Assembly: GCA_000320545.1 (NCBI GenBank)
Contig: ADNK01001888.1
Location: 1 to 45,141, forward strand
DNA: 45,141 bases
DNA from: Bigelowiella natans CCMP2755
Taxonomy: Eukaryota; Protista; Cercozoa
Reading direction: 5' to 3'
Part shown: in pieces, positions 40,111-45,141 of the stretch
Layout: each line of letters starts with the position of its first letter
Position numbering within the stretch: the stretch's first letter is position 1
Position numbers and translations under genes: made by a program
Notes under the pieces: model-generated
What the model was told of the DNA's origin: nothing
Database searches by the model: none
What the model saw: only the letters and a program-made list of their open reading frames with translations

Positions 40111-41334
40111 ATGGCTAGTGGCAGCAGTAGACTGCTACGGAGCATTGTATCATTTCCAGTCAGGAAACCTCTGATATTCGGATTGGGATTTTCATGTGTG
40201 AAGACTTCCTTTGCTGATCTCCTCGTCCAAAAGTTTGTTGAGAAGAGAACGGAAATAGATTGGAGGAGAAATTCAGCATTTGGTTTATTTGGTCTGCTCT
40301 ATCTTGGTGGAGTTCAATACTTCCTCTATGTTCCCGTTTTCCGGCGATTATTTCCAAACGCAGAGGCATTTGCTACAAAGCCGGTGAAGGAAAAACTGAA
40401 AGATACAACAGGACAATTGACGATGCTCAAGCAAGTTTTTCTTGACCAGTGCATTCATCATCCCTTCTTTTACTTTCCATCCTTTTACGCAATGAAAGAG
40501 ATTGTTGTTGGTGGGAAGCTCGAGGATGCAAAAAAGAAATACCAGAGAAACTTCAAAGACGATATTTTTGCCCTGTGGAAGATATGGGTGCCGGCAACGA
40601 TGGTCAATTTCACTTTCATGCCGATGTGGGGCAGGATTCCATTCGTAGCAAGTACTTCACTGGTCTGGACTTGCATTTTGTCTTACATGAGAGGTAGTGA
40701 TCCTATTGACAATCACAACCGCGTCGCTGAGGTTTGGGGTAACCAAGGCCGAGCTCTTTCTATGGTTCTATCAAAGCGTGCACAGCTTAAAAATACGATG
40801 GGTCATCTGGTGATAACATCCTGTGGCGATTCAAAAGCTGCCTTAACAAGCCTCTCTCAAAGTCTGTGTGATGCTGGCGGCAATATTGTTCGGAGCTCTG
40901 CTTTCCACGTGTGCGGAGAAACGGTGGTCACAATGGTCGTCGAAACAAACCCGGACAACGTACCACGGATCGTTTCAACGTTGCAGACTTTTGAAGGTGC
41001 ATCAATAACACTGAATAAGCTACTGCAGGCTAAAGTACACGACAATCGGTTTGAGTGCTCCTTGCAAGTGAAAGGCAAAGATCGCCCGGGAATTCTGACT
41101 GAGGTATCCAAGTTCCTGGATGAAATGGACATTAGAGTAGAAAGCTTTGTGCAAGGCAACACCAAATCTTCTCTCGAAACTGGAAACGAGGACTTGTTTT
41201 GTTTGCGTCTTGTCCTTTCTTCCAGTTGCAATCTTAACCTCGACACTCTCCAGGAATCCCTGAGTGATTATGGAAACAAGCGCGGGATTTCTATGATTCT
41301 TTTCCCTCATGAAAATGACCATGACCACGTATAG
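40111..41334 (+). CDS. Intronless Mpv17/PMP22 membrane protein fused to two C-terminal ACT domains
   Basis: ADLLVQ..IDWRR, KQVFLDQ and WKIWVPATMVNFTFMP...RIPF..SLVWTCILS (Mpv17). These are followed by HLVITSCG...DAGGNI and VKGKDRPGILTEVSKFL...IRV (GcvR-like ACT pair) in one open frame. Confidence 0.85.
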   Translation: MASGSSRLLRSIVSFPVRKPLIFGLGFSCVKTSFADLLVQKFVEKRTEIDWRRNSAFGLFGLLYLGGVQYFLYVPVFRRLFPNAEAFATKPVKEKLKDTTGQLTMLKQVFLDQCIHHPFFYFPSFYAMKEIVVGGKLEDAKKKYQRNFKDDIFALWKIWVPATMVNFTFMPMWGRIPFVASTSLVWTCILSYMRGSDPIDNHNRVAEVWGNQGRALSMVLSKRAQLKNTMGHLVITSCGDSKAALTSLSQSLCDAGGNIVRSSAFHVCGETVVTMVVETNPDNVPRIVSTLQTFEGASITLNKLLQAKVHDNRFECSLQVKGKDRPGILTEVSKFLDEMDIRVESFVQGNTKSSLETGNEDLFCLRLVLSSSCNLNLDTLQESLSDYGNKRGISMILFPHENDHDHV

Positions 41335-41396
41335 CCTGGTGTCACTGAGATATTTTAAAAATTACATGGATTTAAAGTCAAATTTATATACATATG

Positions 41397-41446
<50 letters not shown>

Positions 41447-41505
41447 CGATGGATGTAATGGATACTAAATTTTCCAATTGTCATCCTAATACAGTAGCTT
41501 GGCTG

Positions 41506-41805
41506 TACATGTGTGTGTACATCACGATCTAGACATGTACAGTACATGTGTGTGTACATCATGATCTAGACATGCACAGTACATGTACACATGTGACTAC
41601 GTGACTACTGAAGTACATTTATTGATTGAGCGATGTGTGCACGAATGCAGCAGTCGTGGCGGCACCATGCATCATTTATACACACAGCACATTACACGAT
41701 TATAGACATCGTAATATAATATACATATGAGACGGATGTGCACGAATGCAACCGTGGCACCATGCATCATTTGTACAAACACTAGCACAGCACACGATTA
41801 CAGAC
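41506..41805. repeat. Two pairs of degenerate direct repeats (about 37 bp tandem and about 72 bp)
   Basis: TACATGTGTGTGTACATCA(C/T)GATCTAGACATG(T/C)ACAG twice at 41506-41579. GATGTG..CACGAATGCA...GGCACCATGCATCATTT...ACACGATTA(T/C)AGAC at about 41632 and about 41735. Confidence 0.85.
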
Positions 41806-42003
41806 AAGACAACGTAACATAATGCACACATGCATATGCACATATATGTGGACTTTCATGTGAAGGATCGGACAAATATCTATTATTATTTGACGGGCTA
41901 AAAGTACAATCATGTACTAATGCTGCGTGCACGTGTAATCCTTATATATTTAATGCGTTCGTATCTTTCGTAATGCCATCATGGCCTCATAAACGAAGTC
42001 AGT

Positions 42004-43432
42004 TCAGAAAGTAATAGTCTCCATGAAGACTATCTGAGGGTCAGTGCTGTTTAACTAGTACGGTATCTTTGACCTTATAAATTACATGCTATACATTTAG
42101 ACTATACAACAACAAATTTGGTACATAATACCTGCTCATTACAACGAATTACACTTGTGTTCTACTGCTTTTCCGGTTCGAATCGGATTCGTGAACATGT
42201 CAGGTATGTTACAACTTTGAAATGTAATCATTTCCTCCGAATTTAGTTCACCGAGGGGGAGATCAATATCGGTGAGACAATGTTGCTTCACCTATTGCCA
42301 ATCAAAACAAACAAAAAACGAGGAAGGTATGTTCGTACTCCCCGCACAACATAACGAACGTGACGAACAACATAACAGTGAGACCTGTAGGAAGTGAGAT
42401 TTACATACATTCTTGCTACTGCTACTATGTGAAAGCGATGACAATAACAATAACCTTTCCGAGCTCATCTAGTTCAAAGATTGAGATGAAATCCATGTGC
42501 ACGGGGTATCCACCTTGCATCGATAACCAGGGATGCGCACGCAACGTCCATCTGACCCTGCAGAGCCAAACGTTTCACATCTTCCATGCATGAATATATG
42601 CTCATGAAAGGCAACAAACCTTACTGTTGGATCCATCCTATCAGTTTCTCTTAATATTATGATCGGTCCGACCTCCGAATAGTCAAATATGGCATTTGCA
42701 GTCCATCGTAAGCCATCAAACCAGCCCTGCGGTTATCATGCAAAAGAAAGTTAATGCAGGCAGACAAGTTCATTATAGCCTAATCCATAAGTTCTTTAAG
42801 GAAGGGACAACCAGATATTTGCGCTTCCCCTTCAATCTCGTATCCAGGCCCAATCGAGCAACCATGATATGCAAACTCACGTCCTCCCTGATGAAAGATG
42901 GTCGATAAACTGAATGTTTGGCCCCCACCCCAGCTAGTTTTATAGGTAAAACCATAAAATATGCCATGAAATGTAATGAGTTTAGTTTGGCAGGAAGACC
43001 TCAAGCATGTAGAGTCTTGATCCCCTATGAATATACTGGGCTCTTCCTTCCGAAACGAGTCAATTAGCTTTCCTTTGTTCAAGATGAATTCGTCTTTCCT
43101 TTTGCGTTGTAGATTCCTGCGCCCATAAATTCGGAGTAAAGCTTAATCATTAATTACTGTTTCCAACTATCCTCGCGGTACCTCTGTTCCCGTGCAGCCG
43201 GGTCATCGGCGCCCTCATCACTTCCGTATTGAAGGCGATTCTTCTTCTCCACTCTCATTGGCACCATTAAAGTTCTCCTAAAACTGCGACGAAAATGCGA
43301 TATCTGCGATATTTTGCTTTGATATTTGGTGGATTTCGGGGTTGCTAGAGAGATGAAGGGGAAGTGGAAGAGGTGGAGGAGGAGGAGGAGAAGGGAGTTG
43401 GAGGTGAATGACACACCACAACCCATCCTCAT
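42004..43432 (-). CDS. DUF2358-like (NTF2/SnoaL-fold) protein with probable bipartite plastid leader, multi-exon
   Basis: EFILNKGKLIDSFRKEEPSIF...WFDGLRW..AIF...VRWTLRAHPW...MDFISIFELDELGK-VKQH resembles algal/plant DUF2358. Leader LLLLLLHLFHFPFISLA is followed by a basic Ser-rich peptide. Confidence 0.65.
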
Positions 43433-43596
43433 CCTTCATCCGAAAGAGCAGAGAGATATGTTATGCCGCTTGGCTACATACGACAATAAATATAACCCAA
43501 AAAATGCCATAATCCTTGTCGCAACGAGGAATTAGTCTGTATTTTATTGGATTCATAAATTCAACGACTGTTCGGCAAAGGAAGAAGCAACGAGCA

Positions 43597-45141
43597 ATGG
43601 CTGACGCTTCGGTTCGTTGCCCTTTCTTCGGCTACGGATGTAACTCCGTGCTCACAAAAGGTGCACTTATTGGGAATCTTGTAAATGAAAGGAAATCGTT
43701 TGTAAAATTACGAAGCATCGAGAAAGTAGGCTTGGTTCTAGGGACGATGAAAGACGAAATGGGGCGACTATGTTCGATCCCAATCAAGATCGGAAAATTT
43801 TTCCTGCAAGTTACGATCGACTGGGGAGGGCAAATGTTTCGTCGAAGAATCCGTAATCACTTCTGATTGTTCTCATACTCTATTCCAAATTCGTAGGAAA
43901 ATTGAAGGATCATGTCGAAGGCAAAGATCAGATGTTTGCCCATATGCTCCTCATGATGAAGGTCTTCCGATTTGCCAATAAATGTCTCCCACCTCTGAGA
44001 CAATTGATTCTTAATTTAGCTTATCTCACGCCAAGGTCAAGCTATCGCCGAGTTAACTGCCGCTCTACAAAAGATGCAAAAGGAGAATGAGCGAATACGG
44101 AGGGAGGCCATGGCAAACAAAAATAGAACAACGGATGCTGACAAGAACTACAGCGACTTCAAAAAAGTTGGAGAAGTTAAGGGCAAAAAATACAGTGATT
44201 TAGGCAATTTCTGCCCCAATCAAACAGACGCGTCGAGTAGTAGCGCTTCTAACGGAAACATCAGTCGGAGGCTGCAGAGGTATCAGCAGCAACTTGTCGA
44301 AGAAGACGATGCTGATAACGGTAGAAAGGCCTCCACTCCTTCTACAAGAGCAGCAAACTTGACCGCTGCAGAAGAATTGGCAAATGCAAGTAGTCAGGAA
44401 TCCTCATTTGTCGTCGTCATGGAGAGTGATGAAGACAACGCCGAAGACCAAACAGACACAAAACACGTCGATAATACCCTGTTTGGCGGGGGACATAGCA
44501 TGAACGGCGACCACGATGAAAACAATTATGATGCTGATCATTATGAGAATGATAATCATGAGGATAATGATGATGATGATGATGACGATGTGCAGCAGCT
44601 CCTCACGAATATCGACGACCTTCCGATCCTACCAAGTGAAGAAAGGAATAATAGTGATAATTTAGATGCGAAAGGTGGTACGAATGAGGCACAGCAGAAG
44701 TATATTAATTCTTCTAAGCAAGCTTCTCCTCCTCATCCTCCTCTCCAGGTAAATGACAATAATTCAATCTTTATATAATTAGAACGGAAATGGGCTGTTA
44801 ATATTGATTGCTTCTGTCTCAAAGCTATGATGTATGAGCGATGATTATCAACAGGCTGGTAGTATCTTGCAATCTTCCTCAAGAGAGAAACTGCATGCAG
44901 CCTTCACAAGCACTGTCAACCACGTATTAGACCAGGCATCGTCATTACTTTCAGCGATGAAACTCGTAATAAGTCATGATGCTCCTCAAATATCTGTACC
45001 ACCACATAAAGAGATTGAATGTATTTCCTCTTCCTCTCCCAACCCCCCCTTCCTCATCCGCCTCCTCCTCCTCATCATCATCATCATCTCTCGAATAATG
45101 ACTGAGTGTGGCCCAATGAGGTGATATGACTTCATCGTGAT
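43597..45141 (+). CDS. 5' part of a protein with an N-terminal TRAF-type Zn-finger-like motif, coiled coil and acidic region; runs off the right edge
   Basis: MADASVRCPFFGYGCNSVL...KLKDHV....FAHMLLM (CPF..YGC...L..H...H pattern), followed by ORF 44074-44778. Confidence 0.55.

Overview
Gene-dense, intron-rich (GT-AG) eukaryotic nuclear DNA. Bipartite signal+transit leaders suggest an alga with a secondary plastid, possibly a chlorarachniophyte (inference). By splicing exons manually I can support 16 protein genes, in order: SelO (5' part), IMP2-like, ankyrin, mucin-like type I membrane protein, HpsN-like sulfopropanediol dehydrogenase, WH2+CDC123/R2K ATP-grasp, TM-AsmA-like/C2/PH/C2/EF protein, ankyrin, TyrRS, S53 peptidase, GCP5-like, secreted CULT protein, SLC35B/UAA transporter, Mpv17-ACT-ACT fusion, DUF2358, and a TRAF-Zn-finger-like gene (5' part). 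Strand order alternates strictly (-,+) eight times. Short divergent promoters often carry CGGAAAT/TCCGGA-type motifs, while every convergent spacer holds a CATG/CTAG/TGCA-rich block resembling decayed mobile DNA. One spacer contains a frameshifted Fanzor2/IS607-TnpB relic next to a structured mini-element bounded by CTTAACGA repeats. Another contains a Helitron-like 3' end. All family assignments come from motif recognition by eye, not database searches, and exon boundaries are approximate.
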